A stretch of DNA of 64,000 nucleotides. Origin: an uncultured Paraburkholderia sp. GTDB lineage: Bacteria; Pseudomonadota; Gammaproteobacteria; Burkholderiales; Burkholderiaceae. Every line of letters begins with the position of its first letter. Position 1 is the first letter of the stretch. Below are positions 48,145 to 61,835 of this stretch, piece by piece. Under the pieces are notes generated by a model. The model did no database searches. It was not told the origin of the DNA and saw nothing but the letters and a program-made list of their open reading frames with translations. The translations under genes and the position numbers were made by a program. The stretch is taken from NCBI GenBank assembly GCA_940746715.1, contig CALNWN010000006.1:210922-274921 (forward strand). Reading direction: 5' to 3'.

Positions 48145-49742
48145 ATGGCAGATTCCGCAGTATCCAAGCAGTCTCGGCCTAGGCGCGCCGCTTCTAAAAA
48201 GCGTCGCGAGGCCACCGTCTCCACCGAAACCGAAAAAAAGCTGGCGCGCGCGGCGCGCTCGGCACAACGCCTCGCGCAACTGAGCGACGTCTCGCGCGAC
48301 GACAGCACGCTCGATCTGTTCCCCGACGACCCCACCCGCGCCACGCTGGAGGCGATGAATATCGACATCCTCCAGGGCACGCTGCACGGTTTCGAATTGC
48401 CCGATGTCGTGCTCGCGGCGGTGGGCGCCCTGGATGCGAGCGCCGAAGGCGCATCCCCGGACGCGAGAGCTGCGCGCCGCGCGCCTCGCGCACCCACGGC
48501 CGAGGAACCGGGCGCGACGCCCGCGCAACTGAGCGGATTGCTGGAGATCGAGCCGCCGACGGCCGCCGGAGCGGATGCGTCACAGGCGTCGCTGATTGCC
48601 GATTCGGCTGACGACGACAAAGCACCGGTTTTGCCGCTCACGCCTGCCATGGCGGCCGCAACGGTGGCGCGCAGCGTGACCGCGCTGCGTCAGGCGGCGG
48701 AGCGCCGCGAGTGCGAATCCGGCGGCAGCTGGTGTGTCCGGAGCCAACGGCAAGCGGTTGCAAGCGTTGGCTTCAAGCGAGGCAGAAGAACCGGCGACGG
48801 CGAGCCGGGTGGATGCGCCGGAGGCATCGGCTATGGACGCGCGCAGCGCATTGGCCGCGCTCGGCCTGAGCGGACGTTGGCGGGCGGGGCGGCTTCGTCC
48901 GCAGCGGCGGATGCACGCGCTGGCCGGAAGGGGGCATCGGCAAACCTGCGCGGATGGGGGGAAGTCGCGCGACCGTCCGCGGGCGCATCGGTGGCTCAGA
49001 TGTCGACGTCTCAGACGGTGGACGCGGCAGGGCAAGGGGGGACGCCGTCAGCGAGTGCATCGGCGGGCGAGATCCCGGCCTTGACGGTTGAGGCGGCAGT
49101 GCCACCGGCACGGCTATCCGCGAGCGCCTCAGCTGGCGAAACGTCGCCATCCACGACGGTGAGCGCCGCAGGACAAGTTGTAAAACCGTCCGCGAGTGCC
49201 GCAGCGGCGAAGACGTTGCCGTCCACCACGGCGCCCACTGTGCCGGAACTCGACCGCGCGACGGCCTTCGCGGACACCGTCGACGCGTTGTACGGCGTCA
49301 TCGCCGACCAGCGTCGTGCGGCGAGCGACCATTCGCGCCGCATGAAGTGGATGCTGTCGGTCGTGGTCGGCGCCCTGCTGATGACGGTCGCAATCGGCAT
49401 CACGCAAACGATGCTGCTCATGCGCCTTCACGCGAGACCACTGCGCAGCAGCATCGCATGCAAGAAATGATGCAAAACCAGCAGGCCGCGATGGCCAGTC
49501 TGCTCGACACCCAGATGGCGGTGGCCAATGCCGCCGCGGCCAGGGCAGCCTCGCCGGAGATCGCTCCGGCCACAACGAACCCGCAGCAAGCGGCGGCGGC
49601 GCCCGCATCCGCGAACGGTAAGCGCGCCGTCCGCGCGCAGCACAGTCACAAGCCGAAGACGGCAGATCGGGCGCGCCAGCGCCTCATCCGACGGAAGCCG
49701 ACATGCCGACTAGCGAACACAAATATTCCATCGAGGACCTGA
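48145..49742 (+). pseudogene. Ala/Pro/Ser-rich protein with a C-terminal TM segment, frameshifted
   Basis: N-terminal DDSTLDLFPDD..GFELPD block, low-complexity middle, TM KWMLSVVVGALLMTVAIGI; frame shifts near 49430. Confidence 0.6.
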
Positions 49743-50008
49743 TCGCCGCGCTTTTGCGGGACCAGGGCATACACGACGGACACTGGGCCCTGAACGTCGA
49801 GTTCTCCGCAACCGGTGCCGCCGTCAAGCCGCAAGACCAGCCGACGCGCACGCTGCCCGGCCTGATCGTATCGGTCAACAGCGCGACGCTGGCGGCCACG
49901 GACCCTTCGGCGCAAGACGCCGTCGACGCCGCCGTTAATCCGCGCAAGGACGCGTCGGCCAAGCGGCGCGCCTCCGGCCGGAAATCCCCGTCGACGACGC
50001 TCCAATAA
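49703..50008 (+). CDS. Hypothetical protein
   Basis: 101-aa ORF with globular-looking N-terminus (DLIAALLRDQGIHDGHWALNVEF). Confidence 0.6.
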   Translation: MPTSEHKYSIEDLIAALLRDQGIHDGHWALNVEFSATGAAVKPQDQPTRTLPGLIVSVNSATLAATDPSAQDAVDAAVNPRKDASAKRRASGRKSPSTTLQ

Positions 50009-50198
50009 GCTTGACGACGTGCCCAAAGTCGCAAAAACAGGGATGTTGTCATGCTGCAAAGCAATATCGCCGCCCGAGGCCGTGTGGCGCGACCCCCTCG
50101 AGTTAATGGTGCATTGCACTAGCTTTTGCCTAGGGAAAACACTATAATGCTTCTTAAGGGAAAACCCTAGCAATTGCAGCAACCAACCGGGAGTCGCC

Positions 50199-50358
50199 AT
50201 GAGCTTCATCTTTGCATTGTTCCAAAAGGTCAGCGACCTCTTTGCGTCGCCTCACTTGCCGCTGGACAAGGACTACTCGTACGCAAGCGCGTGCGCGCGA
50301 AGCCGAGCGTCAGCGCAAGGCGCAAGCCACGCTGTTCGGCATCCAGGTGACCGACTAA
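50199..50358 (+). other. Possible small protein gene, probably degraded
   Basis: TATAAT at 50143 and GGGAG RBS before MSFIFALFQKVSDLF; 3' end unclear. Confidence 0.35.
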
Positions 50359-50785
50359 TAGTAAGCCGTTCCACCCGCGCGCGACCGTCGCGGCGGGCGC
50401 GCGCCTCGGGTGCGCGTGTGTCATCTCGAGCCACTGCGCGTGAGAGCGCGCAGTGGCTTTTGTTCGTCTCGCACTTGCGTCGATCTCAGGCCAGCTTCCT
50501 GTCGGCAATATTTCGCCGCCGAAATGGATGTAACGGCGGCTGACACCATCTCCTCGCGCCACATCCGCGTTCCATCCCGCAAGCCTTGATGCACGGGCGT
50601 TTCACGCGCAAAGGCGGTCGCGTCATCTGTCCCTTTGTTTGAAATCTGCGCTTACAAGTGCTCACGTCTTCATGCCGGCTGCGTCGCTAAAGTGGGTTTC
50701 AAGCGCACGGCGCCGTGCGCGAGCCGAAGGTTTCCGGCTCCAGAACGCGGCGCCGGCTCGATTCGAACTTTGACGGGAGAGAACC

Positions 50786-51091
50786 ATGAAAACGTTCAAC
50801 AAGACATCGCGAACTATCATTGCGGCGCTGCTGACCGGCGGCGCCATGCTGGCGGCGGGCGGCGCGTCCGCACAGGAACGCATCGTCGTCGACCACGGCC
50901 CGGCGCCGGTGGTGTACGGCGAGCCGCATATGATGCCGGTGGGCGTGTCGATCAACATCGGCTGGCATGGCGATCGTTATTACGACGGCCACCGCTACTG
51001 GAATCATGACGAATAATGGATGCGCCATCATCCGCATGACTACGACCCGCGCCACCATGGCCGCGACGAGCATCGTCCGCCGCGCTACTAA
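50786..51091 (+). pseudogene. Small secreted His/Arg-rich protein with in-frame TAA at 51014-51016
   Basis: Signal peptide ending ASAQ; IGWHGDRYYDGHRYW; the frame continues to TAA at 51089. Confidence 0.65.
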
Positions 51092-51138
51092 TCGGCGCAT
51101 TGACCCCCGCGCCGCTTCACGCGGCGCGAATCCAACAG

Positions 51139-51168
51139 AGCCGGCTTTTCCGCGAGGAAGGCCGGCTT
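51139..51168 (+). terminator. Putative intrinsic terminator
   Basis: AGCCGGCTTTTCC-GCGA-GGAAGGCCGGCT followed by TT. Confidence 0.5.
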
Positions 51169-51220
51169 TGTCGCATTCGGCATAGCGCTTGCACACGCTG
51201 CGCCATGCTTTGACGCTTTC

Positions 51221-52168
51221 ATGAATGTCAGCGAGGGAAACGGCGTGAGCAAGGCAGCGAAGGCAGTGATAGGCGTGGTGGGCACCGGGCTGATGGGCGT
51301 CGGCATTGCGACGCAAAGCGCGCTGCATGGATACCGGACGGTGGTTCACGACGTCGACCCGGCGCGCCTCGCGAGCGTCGCGCCGAAAGCGGAAGCGGTG
51401 CTGGACGAATTGATCGACGCCGGTCGGATCAACCACGAGGCGAAGCAGGCAGCGCTCGCGCGCATCGAGACGCACACTGAACTGGACGTGATGCGCTCGG
51501 CGGACTTCGTCATCGAAGCGATTCCTGAGGTGCTCGAGCTGAAGCGTCGCCTGTACGAAAAGCTGACGGCGCTGCTCGCGGATCACGCCATTCTCGCCAG
51601 CAACACGAGCGGTTTCCCGCCGGATCAGCTGGTGGCGCCGGTGCGTGCGAAGGAGCGCTTCGTCATCGCGCATTTCTGGAATCCGCCTCACATGATTCCG
51701 CTTGTCGAAGTGGTGCCGGGAAGCGCGACCGCGCCCGAAGTCACCGCAAAGACCGCGGATTTGATGAGCGCGATCGGCATGGAGCCCGTGGTTCTGGCCA
51801 AGGCGATTCCCGGATTTGTCGGCAACCGTCTGCAATTTGCGGTATTGCGCGAGGCGTTGAACATCGTGCGCTCGGGCGCGGCGACGCCGGATGTGGTCGA
51901 CCGAGTCATGAAGGCGTCTCTGGGGCGCCGCTGGAGAATCGTCGGTCCGCTCGAAGCGGCGGACATGGGCGGGCTCGACACCTTCCTCGATATTTCGACG
52001 CACCTGATGCCGGAGCTCGCAAAAGACGAAGACGTGCTCGATCTGCTGAGAGAGCAGGTCGACGCGGGGCGTGTCGGCCTGCGCAGCGGCGCGGGATTTT
52101 ATGAGTGGGACGAGGCGCACGTGGCACAGGTGAGGGAGGGGCGCAAGCGGGTGATTGGGCGGGGGTAG
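51221..52168 (+). CDS. 3-hydroxyacyl-CoA dehydrogenase family, intact
   Basis: VVGTGLMG, EAIPE, ASNTS, HFWNPP, PGFVGNRLQ. Confidence 0.9.
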   Translation: MNVSEGNGVSKAAKAVIGVVGTGLMGVGIATQSALHGYRTVVHDVDPARLASVAPKAEAVLDELIDAGRINHEAKQAALARIETHTELDVMRSADFVIEAIPEVLELKRRLYEKLTALLADHAILASNTSGFPPDQLVAPVRAKERFVIAHFWNPPHMIPLVEVVPGSATAPEVTAKTADLMSAIGMEPVVLAKAIPGFVGNRLQFAVLREALNIVRSGAATPDVVDRVMKASLGRRWRIVGPLEAADMGGLDTFLDISTHLMPELAKDEDVLDLLREQVDAGRVGLRSGAGFYEWDEAHVAQVREGRKRVIGRG

Positions 52169-52228
52169 GCCCAACTCCCCGCAAGACTCTGCGGTATAAC
52201 TACCCGTCACCCACTCCACGCCCCCGCA

Positions 52229-52840
52229 ATGCCCCATTACTTCTACGACCCGCTCGCGGGCCACGGTCTGCCGCACGATCCGTTCAAAGCGATCGTCGCC
52301 CCGCGTCTGATCGGTTGGATTTCATCGCGCGACACGGAAGGCACGTTGAACCTCGCGCCCTACAGCTTCTTCGGCGCGTTTGCGAGCTTTCCGCCCATCA
52401 TCGGCTTTAGCAGCGAGGGGCGCAAAGACAGCGTCTCCAACATCGAAGCCACCGGCGAGTTCGTCTGGAATCTCGCGACGAAGCCGCTGGCCGAGCAGAT
52501 GAACCGTTCGTCAGCGCCGGTTGCGCCGCATGTCGACGAATTCGCGCTCGCGGGACTCACGCCTGCGCCGGGGCGCAACGTGCAGGTGCCGCACGTCGCC
52601 GAAGCGCCGGCCGCGCTCGAATGCAAGCTGCTACAGGTGGTGCGGCTGCATGATATGGACGGCAAGCCGATGGACAACTATCTGTCGCTCGGACAGGTAG
52701 TCGGCGTGCACATCAACGAGGCATATCTGAAAGACGGCCTGTTCGACACTCACGCCGCGCAGTCGATCATGCGCGCCGGTTATCGCGCGGATTACGCGGA
52801 AATCGGCGATATGTTCCAGATGTTCCGCCCGAGCGCGTAG
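52229..52840 (+). CDS. Flavin reductase-like FMN-binding protein (DIM6/NTAB family), intact
   Basis: VAPRLIGWISS, NLAPYSFF, NIEATGEFVWN. Confidence 0.9.
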   Translation: MPHYFYDPLAGHGLPHDPFKAIVAPRLIGWISSRDTEGTLNLAPYSFFGAFASFPPIIGFSSEGRKDSVSNIEATGEFVWNLATKPLAEQMNRSSAPVAPHVDEFALAGLTPAPGRNVQVPHVAEAPAALECKLLQVVRLHDMDGKPMDNYLSLGQVVGVHINEAYLKDGLFDTHAAQSIMRAGYRADYAEIGDMFQMFRPSA

Positions 52841-52875
52841 CGACCAACGCGCCCCCGTAGCGACCAGCGCGCCCT

Positions 52876-54814
52876 TTAACCGCCGCCGTTTTCCAGCTTG
52901 AACACGCTGACCACTTGCGCCAGACGCGCGGCGTGGTGGCGCAGTTCGGCGACCGCCTCTTCCGCTTCGCCGACGATCGTCGTGTTTTGCTGCGTCGCTT
53001 CGCCGATTTGCGTGACGGCGAGATTGACCTGCTCGATGCCGCCCGACTGCTCGCGCGACGCGACGCTGATCTCGCCCATGATCGCGCGCACCTGGCCGAC
53101 CTGCTGAACGATACCCTGCATGGTCGTGCTGGCCTGCTCGGCGATCTGGAAACCGCTTTGCACCGTCGCCGTGGATTCGGCGATCAGCCCTTCAATCTCC
53201 TTGACGGAGGCCACTACCGCGAACCCCTTGCCGTGTTCGCCCGCGCGGGCCGCTTCGACGGCCGCGTTGAGCGCAAGAATGTTGGTCTGGAACGCAATGC
53301 CCTCGATCACGCTCGTGATCTCCGCAATCTTCTGCGACGAGCGGCTGATGTCGCCCATCGTCGACACCACGCGTTCCACGGCGCGGCCGCCTTCGAGCGC
53401 CGCGTCGGCCGCGCGCGTGACGAGCGTGTTCGCCTGCGACGCGTGATCGGCGTTCTGCTGCACCGTCGATGTTATCTGCTCCATGCTCGCCGCGGTTTCT
53501 TCCAGGCTGCTTGCCTGCGTCGCAATGCGCGAGGCGATGTTGCCGCTGCCGGTGGCGATCTTTTCCGTGCCCTCCGACATATCCGTCGACGCGCTGCGCA
53601 CCTGCGAAACAATGCTGCGCGCCAGACCTTCGCCGATGCCGTCGATCGAGCGCATCAGGCGGCCGATCTCGTCGTCGCGCCGGCTTGCGCTTTGGGCGAC
53701 GCGCACGCTGAGGTCGCCCGAGGCGAAGCGCTCGGAGGCCTTGACGGCCTCGTCGAGCGGCCGGCTGACGAGGCGCCGGACCGCAAACAGGAACACGGCC
53801 GCGAACACGCCGACCAGCACGAAACCCGCGATCAGGAAGTGATTGTGGGTCGCGTTGACCTCGGCCATCACCTCGTCGCGCGGCGCGACGCCTGCCACGA
53901 GCCATTGCCATTCCGGCACCGTGATGAACGAAACGAACTTGTCGCGCGCCTTGTTCGCCGAGCGTGGCGTCGGCGGAACGGTATTCGAGCCGGCCTTCCT
54001 TCATGTCGAGCATGTGCTGATACGGCGCGTTCGCGTTGTCCGCGGCCTGGCCGGCGGCGGCCGGATGCACGATCAGCTTGCCGCGATCCGCGCCTTTCGA
54101 CGCGTTCATCACAAAGTAATAGCCGCTTTCGCCGATCTTCAGCTTACGGATGCCGTCTTCGACCTGCTGGATTTCCTGGTCGACATTCACGCCCACGAAG
54201 AGCGCGCCGATCACGCGGCCGCTCGCATCCGTCACCGGACGGTATTGCGTGATCCAGCGTTTGCCGAAAAGCGGCGCGAGCCCCGTGTAAGTCTTGTTGG
54301 CGATGAGGAGCGCATACGCCGGCCCGTTGCGGTCGAGCAGCGTGCCGATCGCGCGCGAGCCGTCCTGTTTTTTCAGCGAAGTCGTGACGCGCACGAAGTC
54401 GTCGCCGGTGCGCGCGAAGATCGTCGCCACGGCGCCGCTGCGTTCCAGAAACTGGTCGGGAATACTGAAATCCATGTTCAGTACCTTGTCGCCGGCTTTG
54501 AACACGGGCGTGGCCACCCCGTTCACGTCGATTTTCTGCGTTTCGTCGAGCGTGTAGGTGTTCGGCAGGAAGCTCGCGAAGAGCGACGTCGAGCGGTCCA
54601 CTTCGGCGGACAGCGCCTTGTCGAACAACGTGATCATGGCGGCGATCGAGCGGTCTTTTTCGGCGATGCGCTCGAATACCTGGTCGCTGACCTGCTTGCC
54701 GGCGCTGCGTGTCAGCGCCCACGTGAAGGAGGCGAAAATCAACGCCACCAGCACACATGAAAGTACGGCGAGCCGGGCGCTGACGCTGGCACGGCGCAAA
54801 GAGAGAAATTCCAT
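52876..54814 (-). pseudogene. Cache-domain methyl-accepting chemotaxis protein, frameshift near 53945 and in-frame deletion near 53210
   Basis: ATIFARTGDDFVRVTTSL (Cache), [35 protein letters not shown]. Confidence 0.88.
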
Positions 54815-54985
54815 GGGCGTGTGCGGAGTAAGAGGGACGAGCGATGCCGGACGGGCGCGCAGGCACCTTCCGGCATCGTGTCTTGTTTACGGCCACGGCC
54901 ACGCTTCCTTTAGAAAATTGGAAGCATTTCGTAATCATGGCGCGTCCGCGGAGCGCGTCTTTGCACCCGCGCAGGGCGCCCGGCC

Positions 54986-57304
<2,319 letters not shown>

Positions 57305-57348
57305 GATGTTCGAGGCTCGTGGCGGCATGGGGCCGCATGATGAAGTCC

Positions 57349-57379
57349 AGTATCGACCTTCCCATGATGGGAAGGTCAA
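57349..57379 (-). promoter_or_regulatory. CueR/MerR-type promoter-operator
   Basis: Dyad ACCTTCC-N7-GGAAGGT (57356-57376) between -35 TTGACC and -10 GATACT with a 19-bp spacer. Confidence 0.88.
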
Positions 57380-57581
57380 GAACCCGCTCGCGACGCGCCG
57401 GGCTTTGCGGCAACACGCTATTCGCGCCTTTGCGCTTGCCTGGCGAGCGCGGATACGATACATACGACGTTTGTCGCCGAAGCGACGCGGACTGGCTACG
57501 CAGGGTTTGGGAGACCGCGCGAGCACCGGTGCGCTCTCGCCGGCGTCTTTCTTTGGACCGTACGTTCCGCCCCCTGAACGA

Positions 57582-58930
57582 ATGATAAAAAATCGTCGAG
57601 CAACGTTTACGAATTACTGGACCTGCGCATCGTTCGCGGGCCTCGCATTCTTGGCCGGTTGCGCGTCGACGCCGTCCACGACGCAAAAATCCACCGGCTG
57701 GATCAAGGACGAAGTCGCCGATTCCTACGTTTTCGGCTATCCGCTCGTGCTGATGGGCGTCGCGCGCGACGCGGCGGTCGGCACCGAGCCCGGCCAGGCG
57801 CCGCTCAACACGCTGCGCCATGCGCAGGCGCTGCCGCCCATCGGCGCGTCCAATCCGATGCAGCCGAGCCTCGACACGCTGGACTCCACCGGCTGGCTCG
57901 ACGTCGGTAGCGAACCGGTGATCATTGTGTTGCCCGACTCGCGCGGCCGCTATGTCGACGCCCGCGTTCTCGATATGTGGACCAACGTCGTCTGGTCGAC
58001 GGCTGACCAGTTCGCGACGCGCGCGAACGGCATCAAGGCGCAGGCCATTGCGTTCGTGGACCGGGCTGGCAGGGGAACCTGCCGAGGAACGTCAAGCGCG
58101 TCGACGTGCCGACCCGCAATGCATGGGTGAGCGTGCGCATGCAGTCGAACGGCACGCGCGATCTCACGGCGGTTCGCAAGTTGCAGCGCGCGATTCGCGT
58201 CGCACCGCTTTCCGTGTATACCGGCGACACGCGCTCCGCGTCAGTTGTGCCGCCGCGCAGCAGCGCCGATGTGGCCGGCGGCCCGGTTGGCGCCTCGGGC
58301 ACGCCTGCCGCGCAGGTCGCCGCGCTCGACGCGAACGGTTTCTTCAATCGGCTCGCGCAGGCGCTGACCGACAATCCGCCGGAACCCGCCGATCCTCATG
58401 CGCTGAAAATCCTGTCGGATCTCGGCGTGACGCCCGGCGAACCGGTGAAGCTGCCGAGCGTATCCGACGCAATCGCAGCGGGTCTCGCCGATGGTCACGA
58501 GCGCGTCGTCACGCCGCCGTCGAATCTGCTGACCGGCAATGGCTGGAGCTGGTTCGGCGACGGCGTCGGCAACTACGGTCCCGACTACGCGCTGCGCGCC
58601 TACGCCGCGTATGCGCAACCGGGCATCGGCACAAAAGACGACGAGGTGCGTGCGGTCGTCACTCAGGACAGCGACGGCCACGCGCTCAACGGCGCCAACC
58701 GGTACGTGATTCATTTCGCCCCGAATCAGTTGCCGCCGGTGCGCGGCTTCTGGTCGATCACCGCTTACACGAAAGACGGCGCGCTCGGCGAGAGCGCACC
58801 GGCGCGCATCGCGGTGGGCGATCGCAACGGCGCGCGCCGAAATCGCGACGGATCCCTCGATGTGACTGTGTCGTCGACGCGCAGCCGAAGCGGCAACTGG
58901 CTGCCGGCGCCGCGCGCCGACCTGCAACTG
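57582..58930 (+). pseudogene. DUF1254/DUF1214 lipoprotein, frameshift near 58065, C-terminus replaced
   Basis: Lipobox LAGC, SYVFGYPLV, LDMWTNV, PPVRGFWSITAY, NWLPAP. Confidence 0.8.
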
Positions 58931-60094
58931 GTGCTGCAGCAAGGCCGCGTGACTTACACCGACAACTTCATCAAGCCGAACTTCACCGCGAACCTGGTCG
59001 GCATTCAGGGCACCGTGGGGGCGTTCGGCACGCAGTCCACCACGTCCGCGCCCGTTGACATTGCGGCGAAGCTGGCGGCCAATGGCCCGTTGTCGACCCG
59101 TGGCACCGTCAATCCGCTGATCGCCAAGCCGGCGCTCGACCTAACCGCGAGCGCGCATGACATCGAACTGACGAACCTCACGCCGTATTCCGCGAAATAT
59201 GCGGGCTATCCGATCACCAAGGGCAAGTTGAACGTCGATCTTCACTACAAGCTCGAAAACGATCAACTGAACGCGGATAACCATTTGTTCATCGAACAAC
59301 TCACGTTCGGCGATCACGTCGAAAACGACACGGCGACCAAGCTGCCTGTGCGGCTCGCCATTTCGCTCCTGAAAAATTCGCGCGGCGAAATCGACGTGAA
59401 TCTGCCGGTGTCCGGCTCGCTGTCGAATCCGGAGTTCAGCATTGGCGGCCTCATCTGGCACGCGGTGCTCAATCTGCTGCAAAAAGCGGTGACCGCGCCG
59501 TTCTCGCTGATCGCCAACGCGTTCGGCGGCAGCGGCGAGGAGTTGGGTTACGTCGAATTCGAACCGGGCTCGGCGCAACTGACGGACGCCGACAGCAACA
59601 AGCTCGACACGATCGTGAAGGCGCTCGGCGCCAAGCCGTCCATCAGAATGGACCTGATCGGCCGCGTCGATCCGAAGCTCGACGAGCCCGCGCTGCGCGC
59701 GCTTTATGTGGACCGCCTCGTCAAGCAGCAGAAGATCAAAGACGTAGTGGGCAACGGCCAGAGCGTGGATCTCTCGAGCATTACCGTGGACCCGAAGGAA
59801 TACGACAAGTATCTGACGAAGGCCTACAAGGCCGCCGACTTCAAGAAGCCGCGCAATTTTGTGGGCCTGACCAAAAGCTTGCCCGACGACGAAATGAAGA
59901 GCGCGCTCGCCGCGAACGCGCCTATCGACGAAGCCAGTTTGCGGCAACTTGCCCAGCAGCGGGCACAGAGCGTGCAGCAATACCTGGAAGGCAAGATCGA
60001 CAGCAGCCGCGTGTTTATCGTCGCGCCGAAGCTGGACGCGGACGGCATCAAGGACAAAGGCGCGACCACCCGCGTCGATTTCGGGCTGAAATGA
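58930..60094 (+). pseudogene. C-terminal part of a DUF748-family protein fused in frame to the DUF1214 remnant
   Basis: GRVTYTDNFIKP, LTPYSAKYAGYPITKGKL, LPVRLAISLLKNSRGEIDVNLPVSGSL. Confidence 0.8.
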
Positions 60095-60161
60095 GCCATG
60101 TCACGGCGCGGCGGTTGCAGGCCGCAGCCGTGCGCCAAGGCCTTGGCGCCAGCTCCAGCGC

Positions 60162-61705
60162 TCAGGCGGCGCGCGTCGGCGTCCTGAGCGTGGTCTGCTC
60201 GATGACGCGCGCGAGTGTGTCGAACGCCGGCCCGATCCTGTCGTTCGGCACGCACGCATAGCCGAGCAGCAGGCCGCGCCGCGCGGGCGGATCGTTGCTG
60301 TAGTAGCGCGCGAGCGGCCGCACGATCACGCCGGCGTCGAAGGCGGCCGCGGTCACCGCGCGGTCGTCCGCGTGGTCCGGCAGACCGAGCACCAGATGCA
60401 AGCCGGCTTCGTCGCCCATGACCGGCAGTTGGTCGCCGAAACGCGCGGTGATCGCGTCGATCAGAATCTGCCTGCGCTCGCCGTACAACGCGCGCATGCG
60501 CCGCACATGCGACGCGAGGTGGCCGTCCATGATGAAGTCGGTCATGACCGCCTGCTGCATCAGCTGACCTTCGCGGTACAGCTCGGCGATGCCGGTGCGA
60601 AACGTGTCGACGAGGTGCTCCGGCGCGATCATGTAGCCCATGCGCAAGCCCGGAAAAAGCATCTTGCCGAGACTGCCCACGTAAATCACCTGGCCGGCGT
60701 CGCTCAGACCTTGCAGCGACGCGAGCGGCCGGGTGCCGTAGCGAAATTCGCTGTCGTAGTCGTCCTCGATGATCCACACGTTGTGCTGGCGCGCGTATTC
60801 GAGCAGCGTGCGGCGGCGCGCGAGGCTCATCACCATGCCGAGCGGATATTGATGCGACGGCGTGACGAGCGCGAGACGCGGCTGCTGCTGCAAATCCTCC
60901 TCGCGCGGATTGAGGCCCTCGTCGTCGACCGGCACGGGCACGAGCGTGATGCCCGACGATTGCAGCACGCTGCGCGCGCCCCAGTAGCAGGGTTCTTCCA
61001 CCCAGGCGCGGTCGCCGACGTCGGTCAAGAGGCGCACCGCCAGGTCGATGGATTGGGTGAATACCCGTAGTGATGATGATCTGATCCGGCGTGCAGTTCA
61101 CCGAACGCGCGACGCGCAGATAGTCCGACAACGCGCGGCGCAGCGGCCGGTAGCCGGTAGCCGCCGCCGGGCGCATGTGTCAGCAGATCCGGATTCGCTT
61201 CCTTCCACAAACGCGCTTGCAGACGGCTCCAGGTCCGGGCCGGAAATTCGGCGACGTCGGGCACGCCGGGCATGAACGCGCCCCACTGTTTCGCGGATAC
61301 GCCGGCCTGGCCGATCAGGCGCCGCCCGCGGTTGGACAGGTCGTTCAGATCGCGCCGCGTCACCTTGCCTTGCGCGCCGGCCGCCGCGACAGCCGCGACG
61401 GCCGGCTTTCTGCGCGCGTTGACGGCGGCGGTGTCCGGCTGGGTATCGGCGACATACGTGCCGCTGCCCGTGGTCGAGAGCACATAGCCTTCGGCCGTCA
61501 ACTGGTCGTATACATGCAGAACGGTATTGCGCGCAATGCCCAGATCTTCGGCCAGCGTGCGCGAGCTGGGCAGCTTGGTGCCGGGCGGCAGCTCGCCGGC
61601 CAGAATGGCCTGCTGCATCAGCCGCAAAGTCTGCCGGTAGATCGGCTCCCCGGCCGCGCGATCGAGCCTGGCGGCGAGCCAATCCGACAAGATGATCGTG
61701 TCCAA
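60162..61705 (-). pseudogene. MocR/GabR-family regulator (GntR HTH plus PLP aminotransferase domain), frameshifted
   Basis: LPSSRTLAEDLGIARNTV, VTPSHQYPLG, IEDDYDSEF; 7-bp duplication at 61149-61162. Confidence 0.9.
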
Positions 61706-61835
61706 GTGGTTCTATCCGGAATAATGAAATGGTTCCATATTGTAGAACCGTAACGGTCTATAGTGGGCCACGCAATTGATGCAAGCCTGCTGTGACGCAG
61801 CAGCAGCCGGCTCGACCGCAGAGGAGACTACGGCG

